Origin: Candidatus Geohabitans tengchongensis
GTDB lineage: Bacteria > Sysuimicrobiota > Sysuimicrobiia > Sysuimicrobiales > Humicultoraceae
NCBI GenBank assembly: GCA_031459625.1
Contig: JAVKIH010000017.1
Location: 1-52,742, forward strand
Direction of reading: 5' to 3'
DNA length: 52,742 bases
Under the pieces are notes generated by a model that was not told the DNA's origin, searched no databases, and saw only the letters and a program-made list of their open reading frames with translations. How positions within the stretch are numbered: the first letter of the stretch is position 1; every line of letters begins with the position of its first letter. Position numbers and translations under genes: made by a program. Positions 37,737-47,090 of this stretch are shown here, one piece after another.

Positions 37737-38900
37737 TCAGACGACACGCTCCCGGATCGCCGCGCTCAGGTAGTCCATGGCGGCGACGACGAGGGTGATC
37801 GCCCACACCGCGGTGGCGGCCTGCTGCCACTGCAGCAGGTTGATGTACTGCATGAGGAGGAAGCCCACGCCGCCACCCCCCACCATGCCGATGACCGTGG
37901 ACATGCGCACGTTGATGTCCCACCGGTAGATGGTGAAGGCGATGAACGGCGGGACGATCTGCGGGATCACCGCGTAGCGGATCACCTGGAGCGGGCTGGC
38001 CCCCGTGGCGGTGATCGCCTCGATGGGCCCGGGGTCGATGGACTCGATCTGCTCCGAGTAGAGCTTCCCCAGCGAGGCCACCGAGTGGAGCGCCAGCGCC
38101 AGCACCCCGGCGAACGGCCCGATGCCCACCCAGACGGCGAAGACCGTCGCCATGATGAGCGGCTCGATGGAGCGCAGGATGTTGAGCACCGTGCGCACGA
38201 CGCCGTAGACCACGGTCCCCAGCGGGCCGCGCATGAGGTTCTTCGCGGCCAGGAAGCTTAGCGGGACGGCGAAGACCACGGCGATGGTCGTCCCCATGAG
38301 CGCCAGGAAGATCGTCTCGACGATTCGGGCCGCCACCAGGGTGAGCGTCTGGCTGGGGCGCAGCACCCGCCCGCCCACCTGGACCTGGGCGATGAGGCGG
38401 TGGGACTGGCCGATGAGGTCGGGGACGGTGAGGGTGACGGCGAACTGCCCCTGGCCGTCGGTGCGGAACCCCGCCGCGCGGGCCCGGGAGCCGGACTGGT
38501 CCTCCCAGAGCAGCTCCCCCGGCCGGTTCGGGGCAAAGCCCTCGCCGCGGACGACGAGGCGCTGGCCGGGTTGCCCCACCGGGCTGGAGAGGAGGAGGCG
38601 GGGGCCGCCCGGCGGGGCCTCGACCGACGGCGGGGTGGCGGGGAAGAAGGCGAAGCCGGCGGCGGCCTCCTGCAGGCGCGGCGCCCAGGTCACCAGGTCG
38701 GGGCGCACCAGGTCGCGCACCAGCGGCTTCACCAGGGGCGCCTTGGTGACGAGGTCTCCCAGGTTGATCTGCGTGACCTTCCACCCGTATGCGTAGACGA
38801 CCGCCAGCCCGACGAGCAGCAGGGCCAGCGTCCACGGACGGGTGCGCGGCCGGGGCACGGCCACCGGCGGGACCCGCTGGGGGACGGCGCGCTCAGCCAT
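37737..38900 (-). CDS. phnE: Phosphonate/phosphite ABC permease PhnE with inserted soluble domain
   Basis: ETIFLALMGT, LRSIEPL, GKLYSEQIESIDPGPIEA, RWDINVRMSTVIG and VGGGGVG motifs. Confidence 0.9.
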   Translation of the reverse strand: MAERAVPQRVPPVAVPRPRTRPWTLALLLVGLAVVYAYGWKVTQINLGDLVTKAPLVKPLVRDLVRPDLVTWAPRLQEAAAGFAFFPATPPSVEAPPGGPRLLLSSPVGQPGQRLVVRGEGFAPNRPGELLWEDQSGSRARAAGFRTDGQGQFAVTLTVPDLIGQSHRLIAQVQVGGRVLRPSQTLTLVAARIVETIFLALMGTTIAVVFAVPLSFLAAKNLMRGPLGTVVYGVVRTVLNILRSIEPLIMATVFAVWVGIGPFAGVLALALHSVASLGKLYSEQIESIDPGPIEAITATGASPLQVIRYAVIPQIVPPFIAFTIYRWDINVRMSTVIGMVGGGGVGFLLMQYINLLQWQQAATAVWAITLVVAAMDYLSAAIRERVV

Positions 38901-38948
38901 GCCCGGCGACGACCTCCCGGAGACGCCCCCGCCGCTGCCTGGTGGCGC

Positions 38949-39740
<792 letters not shown>

Positions 39741-39750
39741 CGGCCGATGG

Positions 39751-39775
39751 GGGGAGGGGCCGGGCGCCCCTCCCC
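39751..39775. other. Intergenic stem-loop between phnD and phnC
   Basis: GGGGAGGGGC-cgggc-GCCCCTCCCC, a perfect 10-bp stem with no U tract; typical of hairpins after substrate-binding-protein genes. Confidence 0.6.
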
Positions 39776-39798
39776 GCCGACCGCGTCCCTCATGCCGG

Positions 39799-40770
39799 CT
39801 ACCGGACGATCCGGTTGAGGTCGAGCCCCAGCAGCTTGATCGCGTCCCGGATGGGGTTGAAGAACGCGTCCAGGTTGGGGACCTGCCGCGGGTCGACGTT
39901 GTACTTCTTGATCAGGTCCTCGTACGTGGCGTAGCCCTCGTGCTGGTACAGCGCGTTAACCGCCTCCCGCCCGGGCGGGGTCTGGGCGATGTGGAACATG
40001 GCCCGGATGATCCGCTGCTTGACCTCGTCGGGCAGCTCCTTCCGGAAGCTGATCGTGTCATTGGGGATGTAGCCGATGGTCGGCGGGCCCACGTACTCGA
40101 GGATCCGCACCTTCTCCTTGACGTCGGGAAACTGCCGCATCACCCGCTCGCGTGCGTCGCTGCCAAAGCGGTCCCCGAAGGTGGCCCCGGCGTCCACGCT
40201 CCCCTGGTAGATGGCGATGACCACCCGGTCGTGCCCGCCGGCGAAGATCACCTGACTGAAGAAGGTGTTGGGGTCGAAGCCCTTCTTCTTGATGTAGACC
40301 GCGGGCCAGATGTAGCTGGAGGTCGAGGCGGGATCGCCGAAGGCGAACCGCTTGCCGCGCAGGTCGGCGATGCTCCGAGCCGGCACGTCGCTGCGCACCA
40401 GGATCTGCGACCCGTAGTAGGGCAGGTTGGCCCGAATACTGATCAGCCCCACCTCCGCGCCGCATCGGGCGTTGGCCAAGACGTACGATGCGGGCGCAAA
40501 CCAGGCGATGTGCACGCGCCCGGCGCACAGCGCCTCGATGGTCGCGGCGTAGCTGGTCGGCACCGTGGCCTCGATGCTGTACCCGGTGGCCACCTCCAGC
40601 ATGCGGGCCACGGTGCGTCCGCTGGCCAGGACGCGCTCGGCATCCAGCGACGGGACGAACGCCATCACCAGGCGCGTCTGCGCCTGCGCCGCCGGCACCG
40701 GCCCCGCGACGACCGCCGCCAGCAGGAGCACGACCAGGCCTCTCACCAGTACGTGCTGTCGGTTCCTCAC
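39799..40770 (-). CDS. phnD: Phosphate/phosphite/phosphonate ABC substrate-binding protein
   Basis: Signal peptide; FVPS, SYAATIEAL, DPASTSSYIWP, GGHD and IPND motifs. Confidence 0.9.
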   Translation of the reverse strand: MRNRQHVLVRGLVVLLLAAVVAGPVPAAQAQTRLVMAFVPSLDAERVLASGRTVARMLEVATGYSIEATVPTSYAATIEALCAGRVHIAWFAPASYVLANARCGAEVGLISIRANLPYYGSQILVRSDVPARSIADLRGKRFAFGDPASTSSYIWPAVYIKKKGFDPNTFFSQVIFAGGHDRVVIAIYQGSVDAGATFGDRFGSDARERVMRQFPDVKEKVRILEYVGPPTIGYIPNDTISFRKELPDEVKQRIIRAMFHIAQTPPGREAVNALYQHEGYATYEDLIKKYNVDPRQVPNLDAFFNPIRDAIKLLGLDLNRIVR

Positions 40771-40962
40771 ACGTCCCCCTCCCCCGCTTCCGGATTCGCG
40801 CCTGCTGCGTGGGCCCCCGACCGCGGCCGCGTGCCCCGCCCGCGCCCGGGGCCCCGCTCCGGCTTCAGACCTCGAGTGGACGGACAGGATTCGCTGCGCA
40901 CGGCACCGCCACCCTCATCATAGCCCTGCGGGGCGGCCTGCGACAGGGAGCGCCGGGAGGGG

Positions 40963-41307
40963 TCAGGTCTGCTGGTAGCGGGCCACCAGGTCGCTGACGA
41001 CGGGGATGGTGAAGGTCTGGCCCTGGTAGGCCCGGTAGCCGTAGACCAGCGCCAGGATCAGCCAGACCAGGCCGATCCACCAGGTGAGCATCCCCAGCCA
41101 CCACAACCCGGGCACACTCGTGACGATGGCCAGCGCGATGGCGACCACCACGTAGCTGAGGCCGAGCCCCACCGACTGGACGGCGTGGTAGCGCAGGAAG
41201 GCGCTGCGCTTCAGGTCGGTGAGGAGTACGACGATGGCGACGGGCCAGATCGGGTAGCCGAGCCCCGCCAGCAGGCGGTCCTGGTCGCTCCCGGGGGTCA
41301 GGGTCAT
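40963..41307 (-). CDS. Small membrane protein (DUF4870/Tic20-like)
   Basis: [27 protein letters not shown] and RAYQGQTFTIPVV motifs; three TM helices. Confidence 0.8.
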   Translation of the reverse strand: MTLTPGSDQDRLLAGLGYPIWPVAIVVLLTDLKRSAFLRYHAVQSVGLGLSYVVVAIALAIVTSVPGLWWLGMLTWWIGLVWLILALVYGYRAYQGQTFTIPVVSDLVARYQQT

Positions 41308-41378
41308 AGGCTCCTCCTTCCGGGCTGTGGCCCGGGGGTCAGGTGGCCGCCCCGGTCGCGGGCGGCGTCGTCACCGCG

Positions 41379-44063
41379 TCAGCACCTGGCGTACCCGCAG
41401 GATGGGCAGGTAGCACACCCGTTCGTCTGGATCAGGTTGGCCCCGCAGTCGGGGCAGATGCCAACGAACTCGAGCGGCCAGCCGACCTCACCGGCGCCCT
41501 GCTGACGCCCGTTGCCCTCGGAGACGACGGCCGGCGTCGCCGGGGGGGAGGCGGGGACGCCCACAGGCGCCGGCTCCTCCTCGGACCGATTCGCCTGGAA
41601 GCGGAGCCGCTCCTGGCGGGTGCGCACCGCCGGCTCCGGCAGGGCCTCCGCCCGCGGGAAGACGCGGTCGGGCCGGAACCCGTCCCCGTAGAGAGCCCGC
41701 CCCAGCGCCAGGGCCACGGCCTGGGCGATGGTGGAGACGCGCACCACCGTCCCGTCCACGCTGCGGTCGAGGGCCACCTCTTTGCTCTGGACCCGCCAGA
41801 GCTGCTCCAGGACCTGACGGGGGTCCACGCCGGCGCGCAGGGCCAGCGAGGCCAGGCGGCCGATGGCCTCGGCCTCGACGTCGAAGGAGTGGACGAAGAC
41901 CTCGCTGATGCCGATCTCGTCCTCGTTCACCACGACGTAGATGCGGCCGCGGGGGGTCTCGACGCGCTCGGTGCGGCCGACGGTCACCTTCGGGCGGGGC
42001 CGCGGGGCGGGGGTGACGCCGGGGCAGGCGCCCGCTGCGGTCGCCAGGGTCGCCGTGGGCGCGGGCGCCGGCGCGGCGACCGACGCGGGGCTTGCCGGCG
42101 ACGGCGCCGCCGGAACCGTGACGACCACGGGCGCCGGCCGGGCCGCCTCGGGCGATGGCACCACGCCCGCCGCCCTGGCCTGCTGGGTGGTGAGCAGGAT
42201 GCCCTCGCGGCTCCCCTCCCGGTAGACGGTGATGCCCTTACAGCCCAGCTTCCAGGCCAGGAAGTAGATGCGCTCGACCTCCTCCACCGGCGTGTCGTGC
42301 GGCAGGTTCACCGTGCTACTGATGGCGTGGTCGATGTGTTTCTGGATGGCCGCCTGCATCTTCACCCGCATCTCGGGCTTGATCTGGTGCGCCGTGACGA
42401 AGGACGGCGGCAGCGCCGTCTCGTCCCGCAGGCCGACGCGCGCCATGTACTCCCGCACCAGCGGATGGTAGACCTTGAAGGTCTCCTGGGAGAGCGACTC
42501 CGAGCGCCGGATGTAGGCCAGGTCGAAGATGGGCTCGATGCCGCTCGTCACCCCGGCCAGCGCCGCCCCGCTGCCGACCGGCGGCACGGTGAGCAACGCC
42601 ACGTTGCGCAACCCGTGCGCCTGGATGCGGTCGAGCAGCGGCTGGGGCAGCGCCTGGATGAACGGCGACTGGAAGTGCCGCACCGGGTCGTAGGCCGGGA
42701 ACGGCCCCTTCTCGCGCGCCAGGTTGACGCTCTCGTCGTAGACGATGACCTTGATGCGCTCGAAGAGCCGGTCCACGAACGCCACGGCCTCGTCGGTGTC
42801 GTACTTGAGCCCGAGCATGATGAGCATGTCGCCGAGCCCCGTGAAGCCCACACCGATGCGCCGGGAGCGCAGGCTGGCCTCCCGCTGCTGCGAGAGGGGG
42901 TGCCGGTCGGCGTTGTAGTCGAGGATGTTGTCGAGGAACCGCGTCGCGTACCGCAGCGCGCGCTCCAGCGCCTGCCAGTCCACCCGCGCCTCCGGGGTGA
43001 AGGCGTGCGCGACGAAGCGGGCCAGGTTCACGTTGCCGAGGTTGCAGTTCCCGTACGGCTCTAGCGGGATCTCCGAGCAGGGGTTGGTGGTGATCACCTC
43101 CATACCGTTGTACTCGCTGGTCGACCACCGTTTGACCGTGTCCCAGAAGATCACGCCCGGTTCGGCGTAGTCGCGCGCCCCGCGGATCAGCTCCTCCCAC
43201 AGGTGGCGGGCGCGGATCGTCCGGCGCACGCGCACCTTCTCGTTCTCGAAGACGAGCTCCCAGGGGGCGTCCTGCTCCACCGCCCGCATGAAGGCGTCCG
43301 ACACGCGCACGCTGATGTTGGCGTAGCGCACCTTGTCCAGGTTGCGCTTGACCCTGACGAAGTCGAGGACGTCGGGGTGGTGGTCGGCGATGGTGATCAT
43401 CAGCGCCCCCCGGCGCCCGCTCTGGCCGATGGTCCCGGTGGTGAGGGACATCAGCTCCATGAAGGAGACCGACCCCGTGCTGCTCCGGGCCGCGTTGTTC
43501 ACGGGCGCCCCCCGGGGCCGCAGGCAGGAGATGTCGCCGCCCACCCCGCCGCCGAAGGAGTAGGTGCGGGCGGCTTCCTTCATCCACTCGAAGATGGCCT
43601 CGATGGAGTCCTCCTGGATGGGGATGACGTAGCAGTTCGAGCTCGTGACCCGCTTCGGGTTGCCCGCGGCGTGCATGATCCGCCCGCCGGGGATGAAGCG
43701 GAAGTCCTCCAGCAGCCAGGTGAACTTCTCCTCCCACTCCGCCCGTCGCGCCGGCGCCTCCACGCCGGCCAGCTCGCGGGCGATCCGCCGCCACATCTCC
43801 GGCGGGGTGCGCTCCAGCACCCGCCCCTCCCGGTCGCGCAGGGCGTACTTGTCATAGAAGACGCGCGCGCGCAGCTCGTCCCCCTGGAAGTAGGCCAGGG
43901 TCTCCGGGGGCAGGTCGGTGGCCCGGGCCGCCGGCTCCCCCGCGCCCGGCGCCGCGGTGAGTGCCGCGGTACCCGGCTCTGGGGTGGTCGGGGCAGTGGC
44001 GGACAGCGCGGCAGAGGCAGCAGCGGGAGACGGAGCAGCGGCGGTCGGATCCAATGCGGTCAC
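41379..44063 (-). CDS. nrdJ: Class II (adenosylcobalamin-dependent) ribonucleotide reductase with C-terminal TSCPD-like domain and Zn ribbon
   Basis: PGGRIM, NCYV, GRRGALM, TNPCSE, CNLG, RRIGVG, PPVGS and KGITVYR motifs; C-terminal CPDCG...CPSCGYARC; no beta-subunit gene nearby. Confidence 0.92.
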   Translation of the reverse strand: MTALDPTAAAPSPAAASAALSATAPTTPEPGTAALTAAPGAGEPAARATDLPPETLAYFQGDELRARVFYDKYALRDREGRVLERTPPEMWRRIARELAGVEAPARRAEWEEKFTWLLEDFRFIPGGRIMHAAGNPKRVTSSNCYVIPIQEDSIEAIFEWMKEAARTYSFGGGVGGDISCLRPRGAPVNNAARSSTGSVSFMELMSLTTGTIGQSGRRGALMITIADHHPDVLDFVRVKRNLDKVRYANISVRVSDAFMRAVEQDAPWELVFENEKVRVRRTIRARHLWEELIRGARDYAEPGVIFWDTVKRWSTSEYNGMEVITTNPCSEIPLEPYGNCNLGNVNLARFVAHAFTPEARVDWQALERALRYATRFLDNILDYNADRHPLSQQREASLRSRRIGVGFTGLGDMLIMLGLKYDTDEAVAFVDRLFERIKVIVYDESVNLAREKGPFPAYDPVRHFQSPFIQALPQPLLDRIQAHGLRNVALLTVPPVGSGAALAGVTSGIEPIFDLAYIRRSESLSQETFKVYHPLVREYMARVGLRDETALPPSFVTAHQIKPEMRVKMQAAIQKHIDHAISSTVNLPHDTPVEEVERIYFLAWKLGCKGITVYREGSREGILLTTQQARAAGVVPSPEAARPAPVVVTVPAAPSPASPASVAAPAPAPTATLATAAGACPGVTPAPRPRPKVTVGRTERVETPRGRIYVVVNEDEIGISEVFVHSFDVEAEAIGRLASLALRAGVDPRQVLEQLWRVQSKEVALDRSVDGTVVRVSTIAQAVALALGRALYGDGFRPDRVFPRAEALPEPAVRTRQERLRFQANRSEEEPAPVGVPASPPATPAVVSEGNGRQQGAGEVGWPLEFVGICPDCGANLIQTNGCATCPSCGYARC

Positions 44064-44079
44064 CCCCTGGCGGTTGGTC

Positions 44080-44604
44080 TCAGGCCTTGTCGGTCGGGCT
44101 GCCGGGCAGCGGGAGGAGCGGGACCTGCGCCCGGCCGGCCTCCTCCCGGGCCTTCCGGGCCTTCAGCGTCTCGATCTCCTCGACCAGCGTGTCCACGTCC
44201 CGGAAGCGGCGGTGCTCGCTGGCGAAACGCACGTAGGCCACGTCGTCGAGCGGGCGGAGGCGCTCCATGACCATCTCGCCGATCTCCACGCTGCGCACCT
44301 CGCGCTCCCCGCGGTTGCGCAGCTCCCGCTCCACCGCCTGGACGATCCCCTCCAGCGCCTCCATGGAGATGGGGCGCTTGCCCGCCGCCTTGACCAGGCC
44401 CCCCAGCACCTTGTCGCGGGAGAAGGGTTCGCGGCGTCCGTCGCGCTTGACGACCATGAGGGGGATGGGGTCGACGCGTTCGTAGGTGGTGAAGCGGCGC
44501 CCGCAGGCCAGACACTCCCGGCGGCGGCGGATGGCCGCACCGTCCTCGACGGGGCGGGAGTCGAGGACCTTGCTCTCCTCGTGCTGGCAGTGGGGGCAGC
44601 GCAT
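44080..44604 (-). CDS. nrdR: Transcriptional repressor NrdR
   Basis: MRCPHC, VLDSR, RRRRECLACGRRFTTYE, ATP cone, and VAYVRFAS. Confidence 0.97.
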   Translation of the reverse strand: MRCPHCQHEESKVLDSRPVEDGAAIRRRRECLACGRRFTTYERVDPIPLMVVKRDGRREPFSRDKVLGGLVKAAGKRPISMEALEGIVQAVERELRNRGEREVRSVEIGEMVMERLRPLDDVAYVRFASEHRRFRDVDTLVEEIETLKARKAREEAGRAQVPLLPLPGSPTDKA

Positions 44605-44670
44605 CCCGACGGTCCCGCCGGAGAAAGATGTGGACAGAGGAAGGAAGACCCTCTGCCCCTTAGCACAGGG

Positions 44671-44724
44671 AGCCTACCACAAGATCTTGTGTTCGTCAAG
44701 GGCAGCAGCGCCCAGATCTATGAG
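44671..44724 (-). promoter_or_regulatory. nrdR-nrdJ promoter with tandem NrdR boxes
   Basis: TTGACG-17 bp-TAGGCT (44699-44671). Palindrome CACAAGATCTTGTG (44678-44691) fills the spacer; a second degenerate box centred on AGATCT (44714-44719) lies 32 bp away. Confidence 0.85.
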
Positions 44725-45899
44725 CCCCAGACGACCCGCTCATGACGGTAGACGGCTGCAGCACCGGCCAGGACGAGGCCTGTGGCCAGGAGCAAGGAGA
44801 CCACGGCCAGCCCCACGTCGACCCCGCCGACCGTGCCCACCACGACGCCTCGCAGCAGGTAGCCGCTGTTGAGGAAGGGGAGCGCGTAGACCCAGGTCCG
44901 GCGGCCCCACTCCGGCAGGAGCTGCGCCAGGATCACGGCCGCGGCCACGGCCAGGTAGAGGGGGGTGAAGAGGAGCTGGGCCTCGCGCACGCTCCGCGCC
45001 ACCAGGCTGAGGAGGAGCTGGACGGCGGTGAGGAAGCCGGCCAGCGGCAGGCCGGCCGCCAGCAGCGCCAGGGCGACGGTCGGCGGAAGCGAGGTGGCGG
45101 CCTGCCCGAGCGCCGTGCCGCCGACGCGGAGCGTGGCCAGGACCGCCCCCACGACCAGGGCCACCGAGCAGACCGCCAGGAGCAGCACCGTGGCGAACTT
45201 CCCCAGGACCAGCGCCAGCCGTGGAGGGGGCGTGAGAAGGAGGGCGGCCAGTGTGCCCCGCTCGGCCTCCCCCGCGCCCAGGTCGAGGGCAGCGTACTGC
45301 CCCCCGAGCACCATCCACACGGCGATGAAGAAGGGCAGCACTGTGGCCAGCGCCGCCCGGACCGTATCCACCGTGGGGCCCACCGCCTCCACCTCGACGT
45401 GCAACGGCAGCAGCGTCTCGGCCGCGAGCCCGAGGGCGGCCAGGCGGGCCTGCATCGCCTCCAGGCTGTAGCGGGCCAGGGCCTCCGTCACCTTCTGCCG
45501 GGCCACGACCGAGGCCACGCTCGTCCCCTGGTAGAGCACCCGCACCCGCACGGCCCCCTCCACCGGGGAGGCCTCCAGCACCGCATCGACACGGCCCGCC
45601 TGCAGCGCGCCGAGCGGCTCCGGCGCGGCCACGACGACCAGCGCCCCCTGCGCTCGGGCCTGCTGCAGGAACGGCGCCAGGTGCTCCGCGCCCCGCACCG
45701 CCACGCGCACGGGCGCCGCCTGGAGGCGAGCCTCCTCGCGCACGGCGAGGGCGGGCAGGCCCAGCGTCACAGCGGGCATGAGGACCACCGGCACCGCCAG
45801 TCCGAGGGCCACCGTCCGCCGGTCGCGCAGCGCCTCGGTCATCTCCTTCAGGAAGACGGTCCAGGCGGGCCCCAGCAGTCGGCCGAGCGCCCGCGTCAC
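44718..45899 (-). CDS. ABC-2 type permease, NatB-like
   Basis: GTG at 45899 overlaps the M50 gene stop; VFLKEMTEALRDRRT, AGEAERGTLAALLLTP, LVLGK and ARSVREAQ motifs. Confidence 0.85.
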   Translation of the reverse strand: MTRALGRLLGPAWTVFLKEMTEALRDRRTVALGLAVPVVLMPAVTLGLPALAVREEARLQAAPVRVAVRGAEHLAPFLQQARAQGALVVVAAPEPLGALQAGRVDAVLEASPVEGAVRVRVLYQGTSVASVVARQKVTEALARYSLEAMQARLAALGLAAETLLPLHVEVEAVGPTVDTVRAALATVLPFFIAVWMVLGGQYAALDLGAGEAERGTLAALLLTPPPRLALVLGKFATVLLLAVCSVALVVGAVLATLRVGGTALGQAATSLPPTVALALLAAGLPLAGFLTAVQLLLSLVARSVREAQLLFTPLYLAVAAAVILAQLLPEWGRRTWVYALPFLNSGYLLRGVVVGTVGGVDVGLAVVSLLLATGLVLAGAAAVYRHERVVWGS

Positions 45900-46957
45900 T
45901 GCCACCACAGGCTCCACAGCGGTACCGTGCTGACCAGGAAGATGAGGATGAGCACAAGCCCCAGCACCACCCGCCCCGGGCTGAGCGGGGTGACGTCGTC
46001 GAGCGGTCCCGGATGCCCGCGGGCGAGGAAGAGCCAGATCAGCACGGCCATCGGCAGGTAGCCCAGGGCCAGCGCCAGGACCACCCCGCCGTACGACACC
46101 AGGCGGTGACGCTCCGGGCCCAGCGCGGCGCGCACCGCGTGCCCGCCGTCCAGCATGCTGGCCGGCAGGAGGTTCAGGCTGGTCACCAACAACCCGTACC
46201 ACCCGGCCCAGAAGGCGGGGTGGCCCAGCACCACCAGGCCTTCCGGCGGGCGCAGCAGCCATTCCGTGAGCCACCGCACCAGCAGCGGGTCGGGGAAGCT
46301 GATGTACCCCTCGCCCAGTGGCGGCACCAGGTAGGAGTGGCGGATGCCGTAGGCCAGGACGGGCAGACACAGCAGGAAGCCGGCGATGGGACCCGACGCG
46401 CCCAGGTCCATGAGACTGTCGCGGTCCGGCGCCGGGCGGCGGGTGACGATCACCGCCCCCATCGTGCCCACCGGCGGGATCATCGGGATGAAGTAGGGCA
46501 GGCTGGCCTGCACCCCGCGGCGGGCGGCCGCCACCTTGTGCCCCATCTCGTGGGTGAGGAGGATCGCCATGAGCGGCACGGCGTAGGCGGCGGCGCCGGT
46601 GAGCGCGTCGCGCAGGTATCCGGCCTCGACCAGGGGGAGGGCCTGGAGGTAGCCGGCGGCCAGCGTCGTGGCCAGCGTGGCCAGGAAGAGGAGGAGGTGG
46701 AGGCCGTAGCGCACCGGCGGGACGGCCGGCGCCGGCAGCACCAGGAGCAGCGTGGTGTCCCGCCGACGCCGCAGGGCCGGCAGAAGACCCAGCGGCTCGA
46801 GGACCCGACGGACCGCCTCGAAGCGCAGGCGCAGGTCGCCGGGGTGGTCCACGGCGAAGGCGGGCCGACCGCCGTCGAACCAGACGTCGCGGACGGGGAG
46901 GTATGGATCGATCAGCCCGCGGATCTCGTCGATCCGCCAGAGGAGCTCCGTCGACAT
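45896..46957 (-). CDS. Site-2 protease (M50 family)
   Basis: HEMGH, LPYFIP, GTMGAVI, ASGPIAG and LNLLPASMLDGGH motifs. Confidence 0.92.
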   Translation of the reverse strand: MSTELLWRIDEIRGLIDPYLPVRDVWFDGGRPAFAVDHPGDLRLRFEAVRRVLEPLGLLPALRRRRDTTLLLVLPAPAVPPVRYGLHLLLFLATLATTLAAGYLQALPLVEAGYLRDALTGAAAYAVPLMAILLTHEMGHKVAAARRGVQASLPYFIPMIPPVGTMGAVIVTRRPAPDRDSLMDLGASGPIAGFLLCLPVLAYGIRHSYLVPPLGEGYISFPDPLLVRWLTEWLLRPPEGLVVLGHPAFWAGWYGLLVTSLNLLPASMLDGGHAVRAALGPERHRLVSYGGVVLALALGYLPMAVLIWLFLARGHPGPLDDVTPLSPGRVVLGLVLILIFLVSTVPLWSLWWQ

Positions 46958-47090
46958 GCAGGGCTATTCTACCGTCTCCGCGTGCCGCTCGCGCGTCCGC
47001 GCGCCTCTCCTGCACGGGAGCCGCCGCGGAGACACCGTGCCCTGGGGCGCCCCGGTACCGTGCAGTGACCGCCCGGAGGAAGGCGACGTC

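Noticed and set aside
40771..40930. Riboswitch in the phnD leader (GCGAATCC occurs twice)
   Set aside because: It lacks the other conserved elements of the c-di-AMP riboswitch or any family I recognise; an Rfam scan would be needed.
44605..44717. Cobalamin riboswitch upstream of nrdR-nrdJ
   Set aside because: The region is short, has no B12-box, and is explained by the promoter and NrdR boxes.
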